This document shows positions 52,101 to 58,289 of a DNA stretch of 64,000 nt, piece by piece; the first letter of the stretch is position 1, and every line of letters starts with the position of its first letter. A model generated the notes under the pieces. That model saw nothing but the letters and a program-made list of their open reading frames with translations, searched no databases and was not told where the DNA came from. Both the position numbers and the translations under genes were made by a program. Source of the DNA: a bacterium. GTDB taxonomy: Bacteria > RBG-13-61-14 > DATKZS01. The DNA lies in contig CAXXFL010000005.1 in the NCBI GenBank assembly GCA_963674965.2, positions 160,001 to 224,000 of the forward strand, written 5' to 3'.

Positions 52101-53191
52101 GCGACTCGGACGGCATCGGCGACGGGCTCGAGCTTGGGACTTACGGCACCAACCCGCTTAGGCAGGATACTGATTCGGATGGGATCGGCGACTACGTCGA
52201 GGCGGTCTCGAGCGCCTGTCTCGACGCTACGGAGGCGGACACCGACGGCGACGGCCTTCTCGACGGGACCATATTCGGCGAGGACAAGGACGGCGACGGC
52301 GTGGTGGACCCGGGCGAGACCAACCCCTGCCTCGAGGACAGCGACGAGGACGGGCTCGGTGACGACGAGGAGCCGGGGCTGGGCCTGGACCCCCTCGAGT
52401 GGGACACGGACGGCGACGCTCTTCCCGACGGCTACGAGGTGGCGAACTCGAGCGGCCATGCCTTGAACCTCGATCCGCTCGACCCGGGCGACGGCTGCGC
52501 GTCGGACTTTGACGGCGACGGCAACGCCAACTGCCACGAGTATTACAACGGCACGGACATTTGGTCGGAGAACGTGACGGGCGGCTCGGCCTGCTTCAGT
52601 TGGGCGGACTCGGGGAGCACGGTCAGCGCCGACGGCCTGGTTTCGCCTCTGGACCTCGGCGCCTTGAACGCCCGCGCGTCGCTGAAGGACGCGTCCTACA
52701 CGGGCGTGCTCCCACCCAACGGCGACTCGCAGGAACTCGATATGGACGAGATTATCTCGGCGCTCGACCTGGCGGTCCTGCGCCAGATGGTTGCCAACCT
52801 CTCCACCTCCGGCAACCCCAGCCGTCCGGTCGCCCTCGAGGTTTACGGCGACACGGCGGTCACGGCCGAGGTGGGAAGCACGGTGCGGATCGAGCTGGGC
52901 GCCCTCAACCAGGGCGGCAAGCACACCTCGAGCCTGGGGATCATCTTCACCATCGACCCCTCCTCGACCGCCTCAGCCACCCTCCTCGGCGGCGACGGCT
53001 CGGCCTCGAGCGGCCGCTACGACGTGACCGGCCCCATCGCCACCGGCGGCCGCTCCGCCATCGTCCTCCTCCCCACCGCCCCCGGTACCCTCCTCCTCAA
53101 CGCCCACCTCCCCCCATGCGGCGTTGACGGAAAAGGCCGCTACTGCGAAGAGCTGATCAAACAGCCCCTGGTAACGGTAACGGTGGAGTAG
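43115..53191 (+). CDS. Giant secreted Ca-binding protein (3358 aa), paralog of 34257-42938 with WNGSEYG-type propeller blocks, C13-like peptidase and dockerin-like C-terminus
   Basis: Signal peptide with possible lipobox SIGC; DTDGDG repeats; W.GSEYG.AW repeats; IYMVDHG and YDACRSGSF motifs; C-terminal half clearly alignable with the upstream giant gene. Confidence 0.85.
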   Translation: MKFRTVRMLALILLVSSSIGCLEIIGVDQPEQVAMYGAFEVTVSFSSTISANGTKFGAVKVPNQFYVNQVTYCGGVTLAYSSSIESMLEAGYPSGDDYFWWAGVSYAETATGPCDAVIEIFSGDTVADYELDYRVGYYRTGLVVTDSELEVPVHVFRDNDYDGMDDEWEDLHWCVYSTYDDSMSDPDWDDLTNIEEFMVSYSMDPCFYDTDGDGLDDGDEVDMYFTNPVDPDTDGDGLEDGYEIFSSYTYPDDPDSDDDSMTDGWEDAYYCVNPMYSDSTMNPDGDGALNGAEYRHGTNPCVYDDADGDGMPDDYENAHACLNVNIPDAAWDMDGDGLTNGEEYGLSTNPCSPDTDGDGLQDLFEVYIYQTNPNDIDTDGEGLTDLVEIYISDSEPTMPDSDGDGLSDAFEVGVIVGTGPNRVLDTVPAGDDESEYEAIWVGTDLSPGTTAAADDLQIIPRFPSYPRLFITDPMDPDSDGDGIDDRIEVEWGANPNDDSITPALGMVGGSDKVVTVASSLYDNDPVRLEWTGSEYGMAFGNYFYRLDEEGNDIQSVWISGERLDVAWTGSEFGIIYSDDYYDELSFIRVTAGGTELWPETRLSYNGYTEYDPKIEWNGSEFGVIWLEGNFEGLFFTRVSYDGSQIGGAVKVVDDYSDVFDIEWADSVYGVAWEDFRHDSDGSCGGQSPDCNNEIYFRKITAQGDTIGSETRLSFSVENSMGPDLVWNGTDFGVAFEEELGDSEIMFARVQMDGGTLGQPERITYVNDYSTRPRLEWNGSVYGLSWQDTRSSVNEIYFNYLSPAGDAIGMDARISFTGAMSNPSGIAWNGNKFAMAWKDSYTEFYYAVVPEESDGDGILDSIEEGTCTDVLNFDSDFDGISDGIEDANHDGVKQSSEIDPCDPDTDGDGLCDGNMTIAGVCDAGEDQNGNGIVDSGETDPNDPDTDGDGIDDWEEIFPGDDGYVTNPLSTDTDGDSYSDDLEIDKGSSPSDPDSHPRFGKILDNIEVVDTVMGNHALAYGTTSFALVWNNGLALYMDILDPAGVTLDPNNLITSDSCAGPDIVWTGSKYGVAYQNYDSTNSIVLMKALNPDGSGGGGKGFTVSSVGSYYNLPTLDWSGSEYGVTWPDDRYANNEIFFQRMTASLTKTGAAVRISSNSEDSKRPDIAWSGSEYGVAWDDYRDGNAEIYFRIVGPAGSLVTPETRLTFNSSYSYRPKVAWNGSEYGITWYDYRDVGTCSETYFTRVSAGGTQLQANQRISYNGGCSWGQDIVWSGSEYGLAWYQPMDGYDEIFFTRISEDGDTIIPEFRVTYSNEVHQINPKISYGAGVYGVAWMINTGKGYSTIFYTAIGPDDDGDGIYNILEDGFSTDVNDWDTDDDGLSDQEEICYDDDCDSFNPAIEPNPTLYDTDSDGISDYDEVTLYFTSPTRVDTDGDGMPDLWEIQNNLSPIAPNGGGDADIDGLSNLNEYLAGTDPNDPDTDGDGMDDDWEVLYGGTAGCMMATTVDDGLDYDGDGLINQFEHDQDRDPCTYETLPSSSCYSGVSMTNADTIGLDFTCTDPYSITFLKVSYEGGPFLNAGLYAENQTSGRFVYTFNQGDGRYRFYTIASITVFLTEEPPVLPPYDVMVTVDKTTPISYVSAAPSFAPDETFPIEFLCDDLEAQSRLYYRKDGGGWTNSGLGLLAGDSGTFSFTPAGEGTYDFYTIAGDPAGNIEDPPTFPDKDATTVVDDSPPAVPVVTDDGTYTGYTDRFHATWTCGGDSVSGVVQYDYAIGSSAGATDVVGWTDNATLTEVTRFGLELEDGSSYFIGVRAVNGAGLVSVGWSDGILVDSRGPEIAWSSPAHREIVNDDMPPVDLPVSINFIDPGGAGIDWASLEMVLDFSTVQSFSQDGDTVSFDALALDLGNHVVNVQVADLAGNGLNRNVIFVVEDPRRVIINPVYVEWGPGDGDVTFVADGGTGAYRWAATGGALDSFTGTEVVFTPGPEAGAYVVAVSDAKLVSAQATIIISGEVEVAPAVVRLSAGSAATFTASGGSGDFSWTVNGGSCVLSGERDETCSYTAFESSGQYSVKAQAGSGESFTSRVIVTDPVGRAIVVVGGGLVDSNRQVEALNSLGHLAYETLLARGFEPDQIMYLNPDATQAYDGDGDGYADDVDGAPTPAALQAAILDWATADLGVDNPGVGPGVPLIIYMVDHGGDDSFLINFTAAGAGQEVTPTQLDSWIDAVQGGDTSNPNGVDVVVIYDACRSGSFLDEVGGGGSDRIVITSSASSESAYFGVSGTISFSQFFWQRVRTGATLKSAFNDAAAALATWATQTPWLDDNGSGTYAATGDGKDGDVADLFVVGADFVTGAVLPELTPRGDALLEGDSLDIYSGILYASSSEISAMFAILTPPGFSPPQSEGNFDTPWLEDEEGNPLPRVYLEYSSATDDWRRRLDSAELAELFTVNGRYTATLYAIDLEGRVTAAAEFSITVFGPDPYEDDDWWSSGSSVEVNSSSAQAHNFHDSGDRDWVKFSVAFGDTGYYSVYTENLADRCDTVIELYGYSVAGSTVVPIAFDDDSGQDGGGSSRIFMYLSEGLYYAEVYQYGDTIGGQDTEYDLRVDHDEGDYGSVEGYVTDSVTGFGVQGANVIVILGGPPRVATTGAGGYYKLSSLLAGSGYPMQVQAANFTTWSGTVNVGVNQTTRKDVVLAAKTGTSGVLMGHVYGHGGAPLVGVGLEVSGKSVVSEAGGLYSIRLAPGAAYVYSSWPGYEPYLEEGLMVAAGDTTVHEVSLEPVDTDGDGLPDWIETSGCTDETEADSDGDGLCDGDTAVYDGATLVCSAGEDLDLDGEVGASETDPCDDDSDGDLLGDGDEALTYGTDPLETDTDSDGLGDRLEAVVVSCLDPTDDDTDDDGLLDGTSSGEDKDGDGVVDATETSPCLFDTDTDTLGDGAEVTVYGTDPLEVDTDSDGLSDGLEVPWCTSPTDEDSDGDGLLDGTPSGEDKDGDGVVDATETNPCAFDSDSDGIGDGLELGTYGTNPLRQDTDSDGIGDYVEAVSSACLDATEADTDGDGLLDGTIFGEDKDGDGVVDPGETNPCLEDSDEDGLGDDEEPGLGLDPLEWDTDGDALPDGYEVANSSGHALNLDPLDPGDGCASDFDGDGNANCHEYYNGTDIWSENVTGGSACFSWADSGSTVSADGLVSPLDLGALNARASLKDASYTGVLPPNGDSQELDMDEIISALDLAVLRQMVANLSTSGNPSRPVALEVYGDTAVTAEVGSTVRIELGALNQGGKHTSSLGIIFTIDPSSTASATLLGGDGSASSGRYDVTGPIATGGRSAIVLLPTAPGTLLLNAHLPPCGVDGKGRYCEELIKQPLVTVTVE
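51560..52400 (+). repeat. Tandem ~78-80-aa Ca-binding repeats (GED.DGDG.VD..ET.PC)
   Basis: GAGGACAAGGACGGCGACGG at 51806, 52040 and 52280, plus a diverged unit near 51565. Confidence 0.8.
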
Positions 53192-53212
53192 AGGAGTTAG
53201 GTAATGGCTGAT

Positions 53213-54379
53213 TCATCGAGGAGATTGGATAAAAGATCGCGCTCGAAAATATTGCAGAGTTTCGTGGAAACTCGTCGAATGGAGAGGATTGCCCTTTGAA
53301 AAGAACAAGTGCGTCGGGCATGAGCAATCGGAGGCGCCGAACCCTTTTGGTCCGGAGATAAACCGATGGCCGACGGCGCCGGCGATCTCGCATTCTATTT
53401 TAGCGGAAGAGCGAATGGGGAGGGGCACGACCCTGTCGGCCTTATCCCGAAGCCAGTCCACGTGCCAGTGCATTTTCTTGCGGCGACGCTCGTGTCTTTC
53501 AATCCTGGCGGTTAGGTTGGCCATGGCCGATCCCACGTAGATATACCATCCTTTTTTAAAGTCGATCATGCCAAGGCCTCCGACCTTGATGGTTTGGGGC
53601 GTCTTCATTTCCATCAAAAGTAAATAGGCCCCCCGGTCGGCGACCTCGGTTATCAGCGCGTCCCAGGGAATGGCGACGCTTCGAACTTCACGGTTCAGGC
53701 TGAGATCATCGTTCCACTCGATCGCCGCGGCGATCATGGGCACTTTATCCTTTACTTCAATCATGGTCCGGCTGAAGTCAAGGTCCGTGTGATAATCGGG
53801 CGAGAACATGGTCACGTCCGGATAATGGATTAAGAAGAGGACGGCCACCTCGGCGCCTTGGGCCGGGAGCCGCGCCAGTTCCTCGAGGTGCTTTTTCCCC
53901 CTGGCGGTGACGGCGTCGGGAAACATGGCGACGCCCGCTCCGAACAGGGTGCATGATTTCACTTCCAGAAAAACGTTTTTTCCGTCGCGCTCGAGCAGGA
54001 AGTCGAACCTGCTTCTTCCAACGGGGACCTCGGACCTGATTATGCGGTGGCCCGAGAGTTCGGGAATTGAGTCAAGCTCGATCAATTTTCTCGCCACTAA
54101 ATTATTGAGGCTGGTATGGAGAAAAATCTGGCGGCCATTTCTTTGCACGGCCATGACGACGTGGCTGGTTGACTTGCCCTCTCCTCGATTGGGCGCCAGG
54201 ATGAGCCTCGCTCCGGGCAAAAGCAGTTCATGAAGTCTACCCGGGTTGGGAAGATAGGCCCTTACCAATTTTCCGCCTCCGGTATCAGCCATGCAGACGA
54301 AACGGTTCGGCCGTTCCCAGAATTGGGCCCTGACAAATTCGGACGAGTTAAAAAGCCGAATGGTTTGACGTTCGTTCAT
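53213..54379 (-). CDS. sfsA: SfsA-family nuclease fused to a C-terminal GIY-YIG (DUF123-like) domain
   Basis: RPNRF, PNPGRL.ELL, SRFDFLL, EVKSCTL and FPDAVTARG.KHL.EL motifs, then GAYLL...YIYVGSAM...RIERH...HWHVDWL...GFGASDC.C.THL. Confidence 0.88.
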   Translation of the reverse strand: MNERQTIRLFNSSEFVRAQFWERPNRFVCMADTGGGKLVRAYLPNPGRLHELLLPGARLILAPNRGEGKSTSHVVMAVQRNGRQIFLHTSLNNLVARKLIELDSIPELSGHRIIRSEVPVGRSRFDFLLERDGKNVFLEVKSCTLFGAGVAMFPDAVTARGKKHLEELARLPAQGAEVAVLFLIHYPDVTMFSPDYHTDLDFSRTMIEVKDKVPMIAAAIEWNDDLSLNREVRSVAIPWDALITEVADRGAYLLLMEMKTPQTIKVGGLGMIDFKKGWYIYVGSAMANLTARIERHERRRKKMHWHVDWLRDKADRVVPLPIRSSAKIECEIAGAVGHRFISGPKGFGASDCSCPTHLFFSKGNPLHSTSFHETLQYFRARSFIQSPR

Positions 54380-55608
54380 GAGGAAAACGGCCCGTCAGGC
54401 CCCGCCGGTGGAAGGCGTTTCTTTTTTTCCCACTCATGCCTTCCGCGTCTTCCTCGAACGGCGTTATAGGCGGTCTCGGAAAGATACGCTGGCAACTCGG
54501 CGTAAACCCTGGCCTTCAAAGTATGATAGCTTTGAAAGCCCGACATCATGTCGCCGGCCAGTCGCCTGGCGGCTGTGCTGTAGGCGAGTCCGACTTTCAG
54601 GAGCCATTGGTTTCTGGGTTTATAAAATCGAGGCTCTCGCGAGCTGGCCCATCCGATTTCCCGCCGAGCCATGTCTCGCCAGGCGGCGCCGTACCCTTCG
54701 ACCCCGTCCGCGTTAATCGCGTCGGCCAGCATGTCGGCGGTCTTGAAGGCGTAGTAAAGGCCTTCCCCCGTAATGGGGTCCACGGAGCCCGACGCGTCTC
54801 CCAACAGGGCCCAGCCTTTGCCCTGGAGTGGAGGGTCGATAAAATTTTCAGGCCGGTAATGCGGCAACAGACGGGAATAAAGAGTCAGGGGTCCTGGCGG
54901 CCCCAGTCCGGCTTTCTTCCAGGTCTTGTCGACGAAGTTCCTGAGTAACGGGTCCATGTAGTTGGCGGCTTTTCCGTTTCCTTCAACGGCTATTCCGACG
55001 GAGGTCGCGTCCCGGCGCGGGAAAACCCAGGCGTATCCTCTTTGGTCCTGGAAGAATTTAATAATGACGGGTAACTCGGTCCTCTGGTGAATCAGCGCGC
55101 CTCTTGTCAGGCAGAGGTCCTCCCTGGGAAATGGACTCGCGAAGGTTTTTCTCACGACGCCGGCCACTCCGTCGGCCCCGACTATCAATTGGCTTTGATA
55201 TTCGCGGTCCCCGGCGCGAATGATATTCACGCCGTCCCGGCGTTCAATCACTTTGACTTTTTCCTTGACGAACAGAGCCCCCTTCATAATGGCCGCGTTA
55301 AGGAGCGCCTCGTTAAGTTCGAGCCTGGAGACGATGATTAAAGGAAAGCCCAGACCAAGCTCCACCTCGTCGTCGTCGGCGAAAATCACCCTTATGACGT
55401 AATGCTCCCGGACCTCGAGGCCTAGACCGCCAAGTTCGGGAAAATCGACGAAGACCTTGGGAGTGAGTCCTCCCCCGCACGGTTTTTCCCAGGGCGCGCG
55501 GCAATCGAAGAGGGTCACCGCTCGCCCGGCCTGGGCCAGCTTTCCTGCCAGCCACGACCCAGCCGGTCCCGCGCCCACGATGGCGATGTTTTCCAGGTTC
55601 TCCGTCAT
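54376..55608 (-). CDS. Geranylgeranyl-reductase-family FAD-dependent oxidoreductase
   Basis: IVGAGPAGS, KPCGGG, GADG, GYAWVFP and LGDA.G.VDPITGEGLYYA motifs. Confidence 0.85.
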   Translation of the reverse strand: MTENLENIAIVGAGPAGSWLAGKLAQAGRAVTLFDCRAPWEKPCGGGLTPKVFVDFPELGGLGLEVREHYVIRVIFADDDEVELGLGFPLIIVSRLELNEALLNAAIMKGALFVKEKVKVIERRDGVNIIRAGDREYQSQLIVGADGVAGVVRKTFASPFPREDLCLTRGALIHQRTELPVIIKFFQDQRGYAWVFPRRDATSVGIAVEGNGKAANYMDPLLRNFVDKTWKKAGLGPPGPLTLYSRLLPHYRPENFIDPPLQGKGWALLGDASGSVDPITGEGLYYAFKTADMLADAINADGVEGYGAAWRDMARREIGWASSREPRFYKPRNQWLLKVGLAYSTAARRLAGDMMSGFQSYHTLKARVYAELPAYLSETAYNAVRGRRGRHEWEKKKRLPPAGPDGPFSS

Positions 55609-55656
55609 GATCCGATTAAACAGGCCTTACCGCCGTTTCACTGGTAAGCAAGCGGC

Positions 55657-56130
55657 TCACCTGTATTTCTTCATGGCCCTTTCCATCTCCCTGTCCTGCG
55701 TTTTCCTTTTCAGTTCCTCTCTTTTGTCATGGGTCTTTTTGCCCTTTGCCAGCCCTATCTCCAGCTTGGCCCTTCCTTCCTTGAAATAGAGCTTGGTGGG
55801 AACCAGCGAGAAGCCCCTCTCGGCGACCTTGCTTTGCAGGCGCTGCAATTCTCTTCTATGCAAGAGCAGCTTTCTTGGTCGCTCGGGCTCGTGGTTGACG
55901 TGGGTGCCGAAAGGATAGGGCGAGATATGCAGGCCCACGATATAGAGCTCGCTATCCTTAAACCTGCAATAGCTGTCCTTCAAGTTGGCCCGGCCGTCGC
56001 GCAGGGACTTGACTTCCGTGCCCATAAGGGCCAATCCCGCCTCGTAGGTTTCGGACACGTCCCATTTAAAACGCAGATCCTTGGCCCGGGTGACCAGCTT
56101 TTCGCCCGGCTTTTTTTCGTTTTTACTCAT
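55657..56130 (-). CDS. smpB: SsrA-binding protein SmpB
   Basis: EAGLAL.GTEVKSLR.G, NHEPER.RKLLLH and LAKGKK.HDKRE motifs. Confidence 0.97.
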   Translation of the reverse strand: MSKNEKKPGEKLVTRAKDLRFKWDVSETYEAGLALMGTEVKSLRDGRANLKDSYCRFKDSELYIVGLHISPYPFGTHVNHEPERPRKLLLHRRELQRLQSKVAERGFSLVPTKLYFKEGRAKLEIGLAKGKKTHDKREELKRKTQDREMERAMKKYR

Positions 56131-56423
56131 CGTTTAAGGTCACCGGCCTCGGCGCGCGCCAAGGCATTTTTTGTTTTATTAATCAGGGCGGCGGAAAGCG
56201 CGGTCCCGACGGCCAGTCCGACCATTCCACCAAGCAGGGCGAAGTTATCGACGTTGGCGGCGGGGACAAGAAAACCCAGCGATACGGACTCGAGAAATGA
56301 CTTTACCGGCAGGAGTCTTCTCGCCGAGAAACCCGCGGCTACTCCCATGACGATCATGGCGAGCGGCGCCATGGCGATTATCTTCCCGGCCGTTCCCGCG
56401 CGGCATCCGACCTCATCTTCCAT
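56127..56423 (-). CDS. Small two-helix membrane protein
   Basis: Fills the gap between cinA and smpB with overlapping ends; two hydrophobic segments. Start uncertain. Confidence 0.5.
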   Translation of the reverse strand: MEDEVGCRAGTAGKIIAMAPLAMIVMGVAAGFSARRLLPVKSFLESVSLGFLVPAANVDNFALLGGMVGLAVGTALSAALINKTKNALARAEAGDLKR

Positions 56424-57708
56424 GGTTATTTCTCGTTGTAACTTTATTATCTTCCCAGCGGATATATTCTCCAAGTCCCAGTATCCTTCTTCTTAAAATC
56501 TCCAGCGCGGCCTGGGCGGTAAGCTCGCGGACCCAGTTTCTGTCTGGTCGGAGGAAGTTGAAGCGCCGGCTCCAGGTCCCCTCCTCGTCGGCCAGGGCCA
56601 TAAAGACGGTCCCCACCGGCTTGTCCCTGGTCCCTCCGGTTGGTCCGGCCACTCCGCTGATGGCAAGGGCTACGTTCGCGCTCGAGCGCTCGAGGGCCCC
56701 GGCGGCCATGGCGAGGACGCACTCGTCGCTGACGGCCCCGAATTTTTCGATCACCTCGGGCGGGACGCCCAGCAGGTCGATCTTCGACTGGTTGGAGTAG
56801 GTGACGAACCCTCGCTCGAGCACGTCCGAGCTTCCGGGCACGTCGGTAATTCTCTTGGCCACGAGTCCGCCGGTGCAGCTTTCGGCCAGCGCGATTTTTT
56901 TGCCGGCTTCGCGGTACTCATCGAGCACGACTTGCTCGAGGGACCTGCCGTCGTCACTGTAGATGGCCTGCCCCACTTTTTTTACGACCGCCTCTCCGGC
57001 GGCCACGATGGCCTGATCGGCCGCGGTCTCGTCCCCGGCCTCGGCCATGAGCTTTAGTTGAATTTCCGGGAAGACGGCCCGAAAGCCCAGGCGCACTCCC
57101 GGCGGCATTCTTACTTCCAGGAGTTCCTGATCAAGCTGGCTCTCGGTCATGCCGAAGGTACGGTAGACCTTAATCCTGAAGACCTTGTTGTCCGCGTTCT
57201 TTGCCAGGGCGGGCAACACGGAGGCCTCCATCATTATTTTGCACTCGCGGGGAACGCCGGGCAGAAAATAGTAGGTGGTCCCCTTCACCTCCATGAAGAA
57301 CCCGGGCGCGGTGCCGACGGGGTTGGGTATTATGGCCGAGCCTTGGGGAATGTGGGCCTGCCGCCGGTTGTTTTCCGACATCTCCCGGCCGATGGCCTTG
57401 AAGATATTCTTCATCTGCTCGATGGCCTCGGTATTCTCGACGGTACCCACGCCGGCGAACTTGCAGAAGGCGTCCCGAGTGAGGTCGTCCTCGGTGGGTC
57501 CGAGTCCGCCGGTGACGATGACGGTCCGGGCGCGTTCTCCGGCCAGGTGGAAGGCGTCGACTATGCGCTCGAGGTCGTCGTCAACGGTAAGGTGCAGAAC
57601 GGTCCGGGCTCCGAGGCCCACGAGTTTGTCGGATATCCAGGCGGAGTTTTCGTCCACCACGGCCCCCGTGGTCAGTTCGTCGCCAATGGCCATGATCGCG
57701 CAATGCAT
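56413..57708 (-). CDS. cinA: CinA: competence/damage-inducible protein with NMN deamidase (PncC) domain
   Basis: IGDEL..G, TGGLGPT.DDLTR, GTAPG, LPGVPRE, AESCTGGL, TYSN.SK and GVAGP.GG motifs. Confidence 0.95.
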   Translation of the reverse strand: MHCAIMAIGDELTTGAVVDENSAWISDKLVGLGARTVLHLTVDDDLERIVDAFHLAGERARTVIVTGGLGPTEDDLTRDAFCKFAGVGTVENTEAIEQMKNIFKAIGREMSENNRRQAHIPQGSAIIPNPVGTAPGFFMEVKGTTYYFLPGVPRECKIMMEASVLPALAKNADNKVFRIKVYRTFGMTESQLDQELLEVRMPPGVRLGFRAVFPEIQLKLMAEAGDETAADQAIVAAGEAVVKKVGQAIYSDDGRSLEQVVLDEYREAGKKIALAESCTGGLVAKRITDVPGSSDVLERGFVTYSNQSKIDLLGVPPEVIEKFGAVSDECVLAMAAGALERSSANVALAISGVAGPTGGTRDKPVGTVFMALADEEGTWSRRFNFLRPDRNWVRELTAQAALEILRRRILGLGEYIRWEDNKVTTRNNHGR

Positions 57709-57711
57709 TTT

Positions 57712-58188
57712 TTATCCCCAGAAATGCCTATAGAGTTGCAGGGCCATGCAGGCGTAAATACCGGCCACCACGTCGTCGAGCACGATTCCGAACCCGTTTT
57801 GTACTTTTTTATCGAAGTAGCTGGCGGGCCATGGCTTGGTAATATCCAGCAGCCTGAAGAGAAAGAACCCGGCGATCACGTATCCGGCTCCGAGGGGCAG
57901 CATGAACATGGTGGCCAGGTATCCCATGACCTCGTCGATGACGACGATGCCGGGGTCCTCCTCCCCGAGGGAGTCGGCCACTTGTTGGGAAACGAAGAAC
58001 GACAGGGCGAGCAATATGACGAAGGCCGCCGAGTAAAGGGGCCATCCAAGCCCGTAAAGGGCGAGGTATATTACTATCGCGCCGAGGGTCCCCACCGTGC
58101 CGGAGGCGACGGGCGCGTATCCCAGCCCGAACACCGTGGCTAAGGCCAGCGCGGGCCAATCGGCTTTTCTTTTCTCGTTCTCGCTCAA
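57712..58188 (-). CDS. pgpA: Phosphatidylglycerophosphatase A
   Basis: G.GY.P.ASGT.GT, DPG.VVIDEV.G, FR.LDI.KPWP and GIVLDD.VAG motifs. Confidence 0.95.
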   Translation of the reverse strand: MSENEKRKADWPALALATVFGLGYAPVASGTVGTLGAIVIYLALYGLGWPLYSAAFVILLALSFFVSQQVADSLGEEDPGIVVIDEVMGYLATMFMLPLGAGYVIAGFFLFRLLDITKPWPASYFDKKVQNGFGIVLDDVVAGIYACMALQLYRHFWG

Positions 58189-58289
58189 TGTATTTCCCCC
58201 TTGGGTATCCTCGTCGGATAAAGGCCAAGGCTTAGTGTATGCCCGGCGGGGGCCGATATCAAGAACGGCGGAGCGCGGCCATGTTCGCG

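Noticed and set aside
51560-52400. CRISPR-like or DGR-like repeats
   Set aside because: Repeats are in-frame coding units with synonymous divergence; no unique spacers, cas genes, reverse transcriptase or adenine-specific variation.
32157-52924. Long antisense ORFs (e.g. 32157-34136, 36663-39284, 47711-49447, 51509-52924)
   Set aside because: Shadow frames of GC-rich repetitive genes; V/A/R-rich with no recognisable motifs.
55609-56130. tmRNA (ssrA) next to smpB
   Set aside because: No intergenic space and no tRNA-like GGGG...CCA ends recognised.
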